Assembly: GCA_965112735.1 (NCBI GenBank) | Contig: OZ218952.1 | Location: 3,596,001-3,660,000 of the forward strand | Direction of reading: 5' to 3' | Length of the DNA stretch: 64,000 nt | DNA from: Phaeosaccion multiseriatum | Taxonomy: Eukaryota; Protista; Ochrophyta, other classes | Part shown: positions 24,149 through 37,300 of the stretch, piece after piece | How positions within the stretch are numbered: the stretch's first letter is position 1 | Layout: each line of letters opens with the position of its first letter | The notes under the pieces: generated by a model | Told to the model about the DNA's origin: nothing | The model's database searches: none | Seen by the model: the letters and a program-made list of their open reading frames with translations, nothing else | Made by a program: the position numbers and the translations under genes

Positions 24149-26193
24149 ATGGAGGCCGTCTGCAATCGTCTGTGTGCGAGTGTGGTGGAGTATAAGGTGC
24201 ACAGAAGGCTGACCACCGAACAGCAACAGAAGCAGAAGCAGGGGCCACTAGACGGGTAAGCCGGCCCCACCAAGTCGACGAATCATCCCAATCACGACTG
24301 TTGAAAGCCGTTGTGCTAGGCTCTCCTCTCTCTAATCAGAGCCCGATCGCCCTCCTCACTTTGCCCCACCCCCTACCGCTGTCACGCTCCCTAGTACTCC
24401 CTCCCCGCCCCCGGTCCACTCTCCCATGCGCCTCAGTGCCCTCCATCTACGCTGTGTTCTCAAATCTCCCCATCTACCCTCCCTCCTTACGCCCCCACCA
24501 CCCACCTGTGTATCCCCACCAACCCTTACTATCCTCACCCCATCCTCAGCGACTACTTCTACGCGGGAACTGCCGTGGCAGGGGTTATATCTCTGGCCTA
24601 TGCCATCAACCACCGCCTACTGGCGCAGGGGCTCCTTTCGACTTTGGCCCTGGTCCTCCTCGCTGCCCGCCTCTGGTGCATATGGACCAGGGTGGTGGAG
24701 GAGTCTCTCTTGGTCATCCAGGTATCAATCGATTCGATGTATGAATAGTTTAGCAGATGATAGGTAAACGTGTGCTGCATGTGTGTGCACGTGCATGGTT
24801 CATCGCTCATGGCTCATGCTCACGCTTCGTGGGCACAGGCACGTGCAGTCTGCACGGCGTGGGACGGGCAAGGAGAAAGAGCAGGCCCCCAGATGGCAAG
24901 GTGGCCAGCTAGTGGGGAATGTGTAGTCGCTCCACTTCCTTCCTTGCTGCTTTTGCTACTCACAGCACCCAAGCTACTCGCTAGCCCTCACGTCAGTCCA
25001 CCCTCCCCCCCGTCCTTGTCTTCCCCCTTCCCTCGACTGCCATCTGCCCCTCCCTTCCCCGCCTGCCACTCAGGACCTCGGCGTCCAGCTGACGACCAAC
25101 TTCGCGAGGGGCGGGCAGAAGAGTCTGGTGAGTTACTTTACAGAGAGGGGGTAACGGCTCAAACGGCTTGGCCCTTGATCGTCCGCTCTCGGCAGGAGAG
25201 AGAGAGAGGGGGGGGAGGGGGGGGGGTAGAGAAGCCCACGCTGGAAAGGGAGAGGAATTGAGGAATACGCTCACTCGTATTCACTTTCTCTTCATCTATG
25301 TGTATCGAGTCGAACCGCCTCTCACCCTCTCCCCCCGCCCTGGCACCCGCTGTGTGTGTGTGCGTGTGTGCGTGTGTGCGTTACGTATTGCTTTGGGCAG
25401 TTCCTCGACCAGGCGAAGATCAAATCAGTGGTGATGAATGAGGCCATCACCATGCAGAAGGTCGTGTTCTACATGACTTTCATCGTGGAGGGGCGGGAGG
25501 TGCGTGCTTCAGTTTCAGTGTCCGTGTAGTAGACAGTTACGTACTATCGTCACGTACTATCAGAAGGGCAATATGTACCATCTTGGCGCAGAGGTGCCTG
25601 GCTGGCTATGGGGCACTCACCTCACGCACGAGTACACGTACATACATACACACGCATAAGCACACACATGGGATGACACGCACTGACCGTCCCTGCCTCC
25701 CTCCGTCCCTCTTTCCCTCTCTCTCTCTCCCTCCCTCCCTCCCTCCCTCCCTCCCTCTCTCTCTCTCTCTCATTCCCTCCCTCTCTCTCTCTCTGTCTCC
25801 ATCTCATTCCCTCCGTCCCTCCCTCCCTCCCTCCCTCCCTCCCTCTCTCTCTCTCCCTCCGCCCCTCCCTCCGTCCCTCCCTCTTTCCCTCTCTCTCTCT
25901 CTCTCTCTCTCTCCCTCTCTCCCCTCCCTCTGTCCGTCCCTCTCTCACCCCTCCCTACTTAGTCGATGGTGGTGGCCTTCGAGCAGCTGCAGCCTCGCCT
26001 CTCCGTGCTCCTCCCCATCTACAGAGAGACGCGAGCCCTCGTCATGGGGCCGGAGGGGTGGGCGGCGCTGGTGGAGGAGCCTTCTGCGGAGGACTTTCAT
26101 GCTGAGAACGTTCCTGCGGAGAACATTCCTGCTGAGAGCTTTCCTTCCGGGGTGTTGTTCAGTGGGGAGGAGCATTCTCTGAAAGGGTCCTGA
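24149..26193 (+). CDS. PIGH: GPI-GlcNAc transferase subunit H (PIG-H/Gpi15)
   Basis: Exons 24149-24255, 24550-24721, 25074-25127, 25401-25499 and 25963-26193 are in phase. Two TM helices precede EESLLVIQDLGVQL...FLDQAKIKSVVMNEAITMQKVVFYM...VVAFEQLQPRLSVLLPIY. Confidence 0.88.
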
Positions 26194-26262
26194 CTGAGGG
26201 GAAGAGGCGATTTCACACCTCTTCTCTGGGCCCCTCGGGAAGGGCGCGAAGTCGTGACGGGC

Positions 26263-26750
26263 GTGAGCAAAGGGTGGAGCAGGGCGGCCACAGTGGGACC
26301 ACACCCCTCCACTTTGCTTGCGGGGAATGGTCACGAAGCAATCGTCGCTCGTCTCATCCCTGTTGGATCACCCATCGATGCCCAGAGGGCGAAAGGCGCA
26401 ACCCCTTTACAGTACTTGATGCCATATGCCTTGAACAACGCCAGCACTGCTCCGCAGCTCCTCTCCGCCGATGCTTTGGTGGACGAGGCCGTGGCTGGGG
26501 CACGGCGGAGGAATGGGTCGGGTCCCGAGAGTGAGCGGCGACTCAGGGATACAGCAGCAGCCTTCTTGCCAATCTCAGAGCGTGTTGGACCTCATGCGAA
26601 GGACTGAACTGACATTCGGCAAGGACAGCGGGAGAACTGTCGCTGGAGAGACTGGGGGGGAGTGGAGGGCGAGACCAAGGGGTACTAATTATGACATAGG
26701 GGGGGGGGTGGAGGGCGAGACGTGGGAGAGCATACCGGAGGGAAAGACTT
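26263..26750 (+). pseudogene. 5'-truncated, frameshifted copy of the ankyrin gene 3' end
   Basis: Matches ~15230-15650 (GHEAIVARLI..G.PIDAQ, QLLSADALVDEA, RRLRD.AAAF, LDLMRRT..TFGK, WES) with indels. It starts ~70 bp after the PIG-H stop. Confidence 0.85.
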
Positions 26751-26850
26751 GCAGCAGAGGGCTGAGCGTGACTGGAGGAGGGAGGGGGGTAACGACGACC
26801 TCAGCTCCGAGATGCCCTCCGCTAAGAAGGGATCAGTAGCTACGATTCTG

Positions 26851-27088
26851 CACTGAGCGAGTCAGGCAAGCTTATACACTGAGCGAGTCAGGCAAGCTCA
26901 TACACTGAGCGAGTCAGGCAAGCTTATATACACTGAGCGAGTCAGGCAAGCTTATACACTGAGCGAGTCAGGCAAGCTTATATACACTGAGCGAGTCAGG
27001 CAAGCTTATACACTGAGCGAGTCAGGCAAGCTTATACACTGAGCGAGTCAGGCAAGCTTATATACACTGAGCGAGTCAGGCAAGCTCA
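26851..27088. repeat. Minisatellite, 9 copies of 26/28-bp CACTGAGCGAGTCAGGCAAGCTTA(TA)TA
   Basis: Contiguous tandem units with no spacers. Confidence 0.95.
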
Positions 27089-27700
27089 AGCGGGCGAGGC
27101 AGTCCTTGCTTATCGCGTGATCAATATCATGAAATCCGAGAAGCGCCGCTCGTGGCAGAGTGAGAGTGTCAGAGTGCGTTGGGAGCCAGAGAGGCGTTTG
27201 TGGGAGCGCCGCGGGGTCATCCCTCGGGCGGCGAAGAAAGGGCGAGGGTGTGCGCAGCCTGTTGGAGGCAATGCACAGAGCAGGAAGTACTTGGATTTGC
27301 TGGAGAAGGGCAGGACCGAAGCCTAGCTCGGCGGCATGGACGGGAGAGCAGCCCGCGTCGTTGAAGGGGAAGGGAACAGCCCGAATCTGAACCGGTCGGG
27401 GCCCTAATCTGAACAGGTCGGGGGGGAGCTGGATTGGTCATGCGGGCCCGTTGACTGTAGTCTGAGCTTGGAGAAGGGCATGGCCGCAACAACCACAGAG
27501 AAGCACATATCCGTGAAGACTCTTTTCAAAGGCCTCGAAGGGGGTGCGTGTGCTCTTTGCAAAGGCCGAGTCAAGCCGACTTCGTCGAGGCAGCTACTGA
27601 GCAGACGGGTCAAGGCATACTCGCTCCTCTGGGGTGGGGTGTATCGTGTCAGAGAGGGAGGGCGGTGAGGTGCGCGGGTAGAGGTGTGTGGAGGCGTTGA

Positions 27701-27736
<36 letters not shown>

Positions 27737-28383
27737 TTGGTGATACAGAAGCAGGGGAACGCACCCAAAAACCAGGGAGCGACCTGCTCATGTGTATGGT
27801 ACAAAAGTGGCTTCATGATTACACTCCTCTGTTCGCCCAGCCATCTTGAGCCTGCGAATGCGCGAATTGATGGCGCCCATCCCTTGTCATGCTCAGTCTC
27901 TCGTAGCATGAAAAGGCAAGCGCGCACACACACACACACACACATGCCACCCTCCCTGCCCCCCACCCCCTCTCCCTTGTCTCCTCCCTTCATCAACATT
28001 GCCGAACAAACACATACGACATTAATTTCGTGCCCTCGCCGCCAGAGAGGAACAAGGGCAATGAAAAGCAACACGCCCCGCATTATCTCCCCCCCTCCTC
28101 CATCGCCACTGTGATCCCCTCGAAAGTCACGTATCAGTATGATCTAAAGCCTATCTGCTACTTAGTACGAAGTACTTACTATCTACCATAACAACTCTCT
28201 CTCTCCCTTCCGCCCTCATTCGCTGCCCTTCTCGGCAGGAGAGCGTTGTGCCTGACCTCAGAGCTGCTGTTTTTTTTTTATTGCCACACAGCAGAGAAGA
28301 AGAAGAAGAACAGTGCTGCACCACTACGCCACTGCGTCAGGGAACCATCCATCCATCCATCAGCTGCCATCCATCGCTCCTCC

Positions 28384-31300
28384 TCATCCTCTGAGGCCGC
28401 CCGTGTGGTCCACAGCCACCACTGTCTCCTCCTCCTCCTTCTCCTCCTCTTCCTCCCCTTCAACATACGAGTATATATAAGACACCCGTACATCCTCGAT
28501 AACGGCACCACTAATGGCTTCGATACCCTCCGCGCCCGACACCTCAAGATCTGCCACCTTGGAAGCAAGCGTACCTCTGCTGTCCGCGCTCCTCACGGCC
28601 ACCGAGGCAGCGTCTGCGCTCGCCTCGTCGACGGTCGTCACCTTCACTGACATACCGAGGTACCCGTTGCTCGCTGCCACAGGGTGGGCACCGTACAGCT
28701 TCCTCTTGCGGTCAGTGCTGCTGCCACTACCGCTGTCACTTCCACTGCTACTGCTACTACCGGTCACCGTGACGTAATCCGCCAGCGTTTGGCCATTGAC
28801 CCCCACAACTTCAACGTCATTGACATCCACAGACAGCCACTCAGCTATGGCGGTTACAAGACTCGCAGAAGCGGTGGCGGAGTGCGGTAAAGGGTTGTCC
28901 ACGCCCCCAAAGAGCAGCGAAAAGGTCAGCGAGTAGCGCTCCTCGGTGGTGCTGGTGGCGGTCGTGCCGGCTGCGCCCTCCACCTCCTCCTCGTCTGTGA
29001 GGCCGCAATCCTCCACCAAATCACACTCCCCCAACTCGGCACACGCGGCTTGACTCGCCGCCCTCTCCCCTGCGCTGCAGGCATTCGCACAGGCATCGTC
29101 TACAAGCAGCGCCTTGTACACCGGGCAAGCTCCACCCTCCTCCTCCTCCTCCTCCTCCTCCTCCTCCTCCTCTGTCGAGGTGCCGAAGCTGTACCTTCGA
29201 GTGGCCTGCGCGTAGAGGTGACACCCTCGCATGCACGCTGATGCCTCCAGCGCTTCGTTGCAGAGGAAGGAGCCGCCGAGAGGCACGGAGAAGGCCTGCA
29301 AGCCGTAGCCGGTGCCTGTAAGGTCGGCACCCTTGTAGCCCGCGTCCTTGAGCGTCCACTGCGGGGTGTCAGAGCATCAGGGTCAGGGTCAGGGCACAGA
29401 GTCAGGGTGTGGGGGGCAGGGCCAGGGCCAGGCTCAGGGTCAGGGTCAGGGTCAGGGTCAAGATGGGTCGGAGGGAGAGGGAGAGGCGGAGATGAAGGCA
29501 TGTTGATCATGTTGATCATGTTGATCATGTTGATCATGTTGATCATGTTGATCATGTTGATCATGTTGATCATGTTGATCATGTCGATCATGTTGATCAT
29601 GTTGATCATGTTGATCATGTTGATCATGTTGATCATGTTGATCATGTTGATCATGTTGATCTGAGTCATGAGTCGCCCCCACTTGCCCCTTCTCACGTTC
29701 AGAACCCACCCCCCCCCCCCCGCGCACCTTGCACCCCTAGGTTTCCACAGTTTCAGAAAGTACGCACGCTTTGTACCTGCACGTTAGAGGGGTTCCTGCC
29801 TCCATCCACGCTGAGTGTGTAGCAGCCCGCAAGGAGATTGTCGAGCTCGACCGTCTCCTCGTCACCGCGGTTCATGCTTCCCTTGATGACGGTAGAGCCG
29901 GCGTGGTTCACAACACGATAGGTGGCGTCAAGCCAGCCCTCGCCAGCGGTGTCCACAAGAAGCATCTCTATGGAGACCTGTGTGCCGTGTGTGCCGAGGC
30001 AGGAGGGAGGGGGGGAGAGGAGGGAGGGAGGGGAGGAGGAGGGAGGGAGAGGAGGAGGAGGGAGGGAGAGGAGGAGGAGGTTGGGAGGGAGGGAGGGAGG
30101 GAGGGAGGGAGGGAGGGAGACTGTCGTCAGATTCAGACAGCCGGTATGCTGACACATACACACACACATACATAGGGTATCACCAGCTGCCACTGACTGC
30201 CCATATGCCGGCTCCTATGCCTGTCCATATGCCTACCCGGCTTGCTTACCCGAGGGGGCGTGACGGGGTCATCAAGAGAGGTCGCGGGGGTGAGAAGCTC
30301 ATTCTCCAGGGGGGCGGGAGTGGGCACGGGCGCAGGTGTAGCAATGCCCTCTGCCGATAGGCTATTCGCCTCGCAAATGTACGGCTGCCCCTGCCCGCAA
30401 GAGATGGCTTGCCACTGCCGAGGGTAGGAGGGCTCGAGGTACGCGCAGGTACCAGCGGCTCCGGCGGCGACGGTTACAGAAGAGAAACCGTCGCTCCAGT
30501 CCGTGAAGGAGGTGTACAGGTCGAACAAGAGTCCGTTCTCAGACCCCTGCCACTCCCACGCGGCCCCGTCCGCGCCCTGGGCTCGGAAGAGTCCCAGCCA
30601 GGCACCTCCTCCGGTTCCCGACCAGGTCATGTAATTGCGAATAAAGTCGTTCTGGAGCTCCGTGGCTACCGTTGCCAGCCACCCGCCCATCTGTTGGCAT
30701 GCGTCAGAGGCATCCGCAGAGCTCAGCGAGGACGTAGAAGGGCTCTTGTAGTAGCAGGTTTCCGTATCGGGGTCAAAGATCCACTCAGGTTGCAAAGGGT
30801 CCGTCTCGGGGCAACGGTACGGTGCCTGGGCATCGGCCGCTGCGATGAAGCCTCCGTCCGCCCCTCCGTCTTCGGAGCGAGCAGCAAGGGCAGGATGGGC
30901 GTTTTCGAGGTATTCCTCAAGGGCCTCCTCACAGGGAGGAAGCTCGCTGGAGTGGAAGTGTCCAAACACGGTGTTATCCTTCCACACACAGCTCTGGCAA
31001 CCCGCTTCGTCCAGACCCAGTTGGGTGCTGTGTGCCTCACTCCAGCACCCCAGGACATTGGCGCTACACTCTGTCCAACTCGCTCCGAGCCCCAGCTGCA
31101 AGACGGCAATATCCATTACGTCCACACAGTACCCTACGCCCTTCCCGCCGCCGCTGGTGAAGGTCGTTTCGGTCTCACTCGAGTCCGTATTGGCAGTGTT
31201 GTCAGTACCGGAACCCGTGCCGTTGTCGGTAATGTCAGTTGGCAGCGTGTAGTCATACCCCACGCAGGTGTCGTCCGCTGCCCCCACGTCGTAGAACTCA

Positions 31301-34300
31301 AATTCGTCAATATGGGCAGGGACGCAGCAGTCGCAGCGAGGGTAGTCCGTGGCGTCCGCGTCAGGGTTGCCTGCCAAGTAGTTGGCGCGTGTGTCCGCAT
31401 CAAAGACACAGGCCTGACACCCATTGATCCCAAAGATTCCGCAGCCAGCTCCTTGGCAGTTGTACACAAACTGATAGGCAAGGCCCTGCAGCTTCAACGC
31501 TTCCGATGTAAAGTCGGTGCACCCGTTCTGCGTACAGGCGTCGATCTCGAGCTCAGCGCACTCCCCGGTATCTTCGTCCCGATCGCCCATCACTGCCGTC
31601 GCGCCGGTGACATCGAGCACGCATTCCGGGCAGATGGGCCAAGACGCGTCGGGAAAGGCGCCGTTGAGCGACTCGTACAGACATTCGTCAAACACACAGT
31701 GGGCACACAGCGTCGCGGGGTCGCATTGGAGAATGTTGTCGCACTCCGACGCGGAAACCCAATGTAACGCCAATCCGCCCGCTAGGAACCCCGCCGCGGT
31801 TCCGGCGGCACAGGAGCCTCCAGATGGCAGCTCACAGGCAGGGCTGTCCACGAGGCACGCCCCCAGGGGGTTGTCGTTGTTGGCGTTGAGCGCGTTAGCT
31901 GCCATCGTGGCGCCCGCGCCCACCGCGCCAATTGCTCCCGTGCTGGTTGCAAACGCCACCACGGAAACCGTATATGTAGATCCTGACGCCAGGCCGGAGA
32001 CGTAGACGGAGGTAGGAATAGTGTTGACATTGTTCACCTCCACCACCGTCGCGCGGTCCTCTCCTCCGCCGGTGCAGTACACAATCAAGTGTGACGTTTC
32101 ATCAGGAAGGTCTGCGCCGTCGTCGGACAATTGCCACTGCACCCACAGGCGTTCTACATCCGCAACAACGTCGACAACGTCCAATGCGGGCATGTCAGCG
32201 CTGACCTCGGTGTCCACTTGGGCGAAGGTGGCAACGAGGACGGAGTTGGTGGTGGCGATGGGGTAGAAGGTCTCATAGGCGAAGGCTTCCCCACCGTCCA
32301 CGGTCCAGCTGTCGAACGTGTAGAGGTTGCCGTCGGAACCGCCAGAGAGGGGCTCCGCGGAGACCTGTTTTGTTTGTTTGTTTGTGTTATGTATATATAT
32401 ATATGTGTGTGTGCGTATATATATTGTTGGGTCGGGGTTGGGTTGGGTCCGGGATAGGTTGGGATAGGTTGGGTTGGGTTGGTTGGTTGGTTGAGGAGGA
32501 AAAGCGGGGGGGTTTAGGGCTGGGGAGGGGAGGGGAGGGGAAGGGAGGGGCAGAAGGGAGACAGAGACACAAAATACCATCTTGCACTCAGTCGCGCGCA
32601 CGCACTCACGCCCGCACTCACGCACCGTGAGTTGTCGGCCGGCCATGATGGGAGCGTCGCAGGGAGGGGTGTGGCACACCAGTTCGGAAACCGTTACGGG
32701 GATAGCCGCAGGAAGGGACTGTACCGCCCAGGTCACCTCCTGCAGTACGATAGGGTCGATGCGTCCAGAGAGGGGAGAAGGGGCGGGGCTGGGCGTGAGC
32801 TATGGTTATGGACCAATGTGTGCGTACATGTATGTATGTAGGTATGTATGTAGGTATGTATGTAGGTATGTATGTATGTAGGTATGTATGTAGGTATGTG
32901 TGCTATGTGTCCGACTTGAGAAGACTTGAGACTTGAGACATAGGGTGTGTTTGAGCGTAGTCCATTTGGGCGCGTGGGCTCTCTGTCAATCGTGCTTTTT
33001 GGCCCCTCCGCTCTCGTGCATCGCCCATGCACGCAATCCCATCGCTCACTCACTCACTCACTCACTCACTCGATTAGGCACGTTCTCACTCACTCACTCA
33101 CTCACTCATTCACTCACTCACTCAATCACGCACTCACGCACTCACGCACTCACGCACTCACTCACTCACCCCATCCACCCCCCTATCCGCCCACCCACCC
33201 ACCCACCCATCCCCGGTGCACCCACGCACCCACCTACACCCGCACCCACCGTCCCACCCATTGACATACTTTACCCACCTGAGGCTCCGTCTCGAAGGTG
33301 GCCACAGAGTAGATGCCGAGGTCCGTCCGTAGGTAGAGAGTCATGATGACGGCAGCAGGCATGGTGTAACTGCCGGGTGTAACCGCTCCAGCAAGGGGCA
33401 GGCCCCCTCCCTCGAGGGTGAAGGTGGAGGTGAGGCAGTCTGCGTTGAGGCTGCAGAAGTCTTCACTGCACTCTCTCGACTGTGATATGGGCAGGCATAT
33501 GGGCAGGTAAATGAGGCAGGCGTATGGGTATATGAGCAGGTGTATGGGTACATGAGCAGGTGTATGGGTACGTGAGCAAGAGTATGGGTACATGAGCAAG
33601 TTTATGGGTACATGAGCAGGTGTATGGGTACATGAGTAGGTGTATGGGTACATGAGTAGGTGTATGGGTACATGAGCAAGTGTATGGATACATGAGTAGG
33701 TGTATGGGTATATAGGAGGGGGGGGAGAAGAGTAGGTGTATGGGTACATAAGTATATGGGTTAGGTCTAGGAAAGATGGAAGGTATGTGGGCACATGTAG
33801 GCAGGTACATGGACACGGAAAAAGACAGGCATACGGGCGGGCAGGCAGCCGGGCAGAGGCGGAGGAGGAGGAGATGGAGGGTCACACGCACAGACACACA
33901 CTCTCACACACACTCACACACACACAAGCACAAACACTCACACACATACACGCACACACACTTGACGACCTCCCAACCAACCCACCTGCACAGTCCAGAT
34001 CAGAGCATCGTTGTCAATCTGAGCGCCCGTGATGGTCAGGTCAAAGCTCAGTGTATCCCCGTAGCCCCACTGCGCGGGTTGGACATTCAGCTCAAAGCTG
34101 GCGCCGACCAGCACATCCACCGTCGCGGTCGCTCGCCTACCCTTTGAGTTGACCCCCACCACTGTTACTGTGAAGAGGCCTTCGTCTTGGAAGGTGTATT
34201 CAAGGTTGCCACTCTCGGTGGCGCTCATCTGTGTGGACGGATCGGTGTCACCGTTGCCCATGTCCCAGAGAAACTGAACTTCTCCGTCGGTCTCTTCGTC

Positions 34301-37300
34301 TCGATTCATGGTGCCCGATACGTCGAAGGTGAGGGTGAGGGGGGCGGGGCCGGTGAATGCGCTGGCTGCGAGGCTCACCTATGGATGGGTCGATAAAAGT
34401 ATGAGCGCGTTGATCAATTGATTGATTGATGGATTGGAAGGACAACGTCGCGAAGGAGAAGAAGGAGAGTAGCATGGAGCGCACTGACTGGCTGACTGAC
34501 TGACACATTGACTGATAAAACGGACTGACAGTAGGTACAGACCGACTCACCCATCCACAGTCGCCCAACCACCCAGTCATCCACACACGCACGCACTCAC
34601 CCACCCACCCAACCACCCATGGACAGACTCCATCAACCACCCACCCACCCACCCATTGACATACTCCATCCACCGACCTGAGGTGCCTGGTCCACAGTGG
34701 GATACATGCGCTCAATCACACCCCCCTGGGTCCGTACAAGGTAGAGCATGTCATCAGGGCCCTGCTTAATCTGAGACCACACGAAGGTCCCGTCGTCTTG
34801 CCAGATGGATCGGGCTGCGGACAGACGCTCACCCTCCTCCACGCCTGAGGGACGGGTGGGAGGGGGAGGGGGGAGTATTGAGTATGGGTGAGGGGGTGAG
34901 TGCGTGGGTGAGAAGCTAAGCGCTGAAGATGTGAGAAGACGGGCTCTCCCCGGTTGGCGCCTCCCTCCCTCCCTCACTCCCTCTCCATATGCCAGCCAAT
35001 CAAACCAGCCAACCAATCAACCAACCAACCAACGACCGAAACAATCGTCCCCTCCTCCTCCCTCCCTCCCTCCCTCACTCCCTCTCCATATGCCAGCCAA
35101 TCAAATCAACCAACCAACCAACCAACCAACCAACCAACCAACCAGCCAAACAACGACCGAAACAATCGTTCCCTCCTCCCTCATCCCTCCCTCCCTCCCT
35201 CCCTCCTTACCCCTAATCCCCCACTCCTCACCTTCATTCCAGATGGTGGTTCCATCCGCCTCATCATTGGCAAAGTGCGTGAGTGTCCCTTCGGTGTAAT
35301 CCACATGAAACACGGTGTTCTTATACTCTTCAGGGTAGAAATCGCCCGTATACACGACGCTGCCAGTTGGGGATGAGCCCCCCACCACCTGGCGGTAGGC
35401 GGCGACAGGAGGGAAGTAGTTGATCATGTTGTCGCAAATGTCCTCTGCTTCTCCGCGAGTCACAAGGTCTGGATAGTGCTCGATGGTGTTGAGGAAACCT
35501 TCGTAGCAAGGCCAACCGAAGTTGGGGACATTGCCTGTCAAGGGGTAGGAGGGAGGGAGGGATTGAAGGAGGGCGGGGAGGAGGGAGGGAGGGAGGGAGG
35601 GAGGGAGGGAGGGAGGGAGGGAGGGAGGGAGGGAGGGAGGGAGGGAGGGAGGGAGGGAAGTGGGTCAACCTCGACAAGCTTCCATTCCAAAGGGGAACAG
35701 ACAGCTCCCGGTACTCCCTCGTTCCTCCTCCCCCCTTCAACTGCCAAATCCGCTCTCCCCCTGACATGCTCTCCCTGACGTCCTCCCTTCACTGACTTAC
35801 CATCGGCGTACACGGATGTAAGAGGGTCAGGCAGCACGTTGATCTCGTCCGCAGCGATCGCCCCTGTATCAGAGATGATAATGGAGCCGTCACGCGAGTC
35901 GAGGTGAAGGCGAAAGGGCTGACGTAGGCCGCGAGCGATGATCTCGATCTCCTGCCCGTCGTAGGCGAGACGAGACTCCTTGAGCAGATACTCGGAGCGG
36001 ATGCGGACCATCTGGTAGGAGGGGGAGGGATGAAGGGGGGGGAGGGACGGAGGGGGAGAGAGTTCAGATTCGGTTTCAGTTTTTTTGATCAGTTTCATAC
36101 TCCCCCTCCTGGTTCTCCCTCCCCTCCTCCTCCCTTCCCCTCCCCTCCCTTAACCCCCTCATCTCCCTCAAGCAACCCCCTCACCTCCCCTTCCCTCCCC
36201 TCCTCTCCTCTCCCTCCCCTTCCCTCCCCCTCCCCTTCCCTTCTCCCCTCCCCTCCCCTCCCTTCCCCTCCCCTCCCCTACCCCCTCCACACCTCCCCCC
36301 TCACTCCACCCACCTTTCCGTGCAGGAACTGATCCCACTGCGCGCGCAAAGACCCCTGCAGTGTGGGCATCCCCGGAGATTCGTCATAACACATGTCAAT
36401 ACCGATGTATTCATCGCCGAAGTCCACTCCGGCAGCCTGAGCTCCATCCCCGCCACTCGCTACCATGGACCCATCCGACAAGAAGATGATATCCCCTGTG
36501 TGATGCGTTTGACCCGAGGTGCACCAGTCTTCAATGAGGTTCACTCGGGAGTCAATGTCGGTTACGAAACCGTCAATTGCCCCGTTGTTGTCGTAGGTGA
36601 GTGTTATCTCGAGCCGGTCCAGGCGGCCCTGGGAGGCGCAAAAGTTCACGGGGTAGCCCTCGGCATTGACGAAATCGACGGTACATTCGTCGTTGAATGG
36701 GTCTCCGAGTTGGTTTTCGCGTGCATAGAGGATGAAGGCGAAGGGTTTGGCGGGGAAATCGGGGTGGAAGTCGAAGGAGCTCATGGAGTGGTCCATCCAG
36801 CTGTGAGTGTATGTATCGATACGTACACACACACAACACACAGCACACGCACACGCACACGCACAAGCACGTGGAGACGCACACACGCATGCGAATGTGG
36901 CGGTGATGGACGTCAATGGTGCATCCATTGATATCGAGGTGAGTGGTTTCCGCGAGTGGGTTTTTGGTTGTTGTCCAAGGCCGGGATTGGATTTGACGTG
37001 CACGGATGGATGAGAGAGAGAGGGGGGGGAGGATGGGGAGGGGGGAGGGGGAGGAGGGGGCTGGGTAAGTACGGTTGTGTGCAAGTGTTTGCGCGTAAGA
37101 TAATCTCGGTGCTGTGCATGAGGAAGAAAGCCATGCTTAGAGCGGTGGCCGGCCGGAGGGACACCTCCTCCTCCTCCTCCTCCTCCTCCTCTATCCTCTG
37201 TTCGGATGCCTCGCTTCTTCTTTGTGCCCTCCCTCCTCCTCTCCCCCCCCCACCCCTCCCCACACACCTATCCTTTCGCTCCCACCCGTCCCCGCCAGTA

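Noticed and set aside
26851-27088. CRISPR-like array
   Set aside because: Units are contiguous with no unique spacers, there are no cas genes, and the context is eukaryotic.
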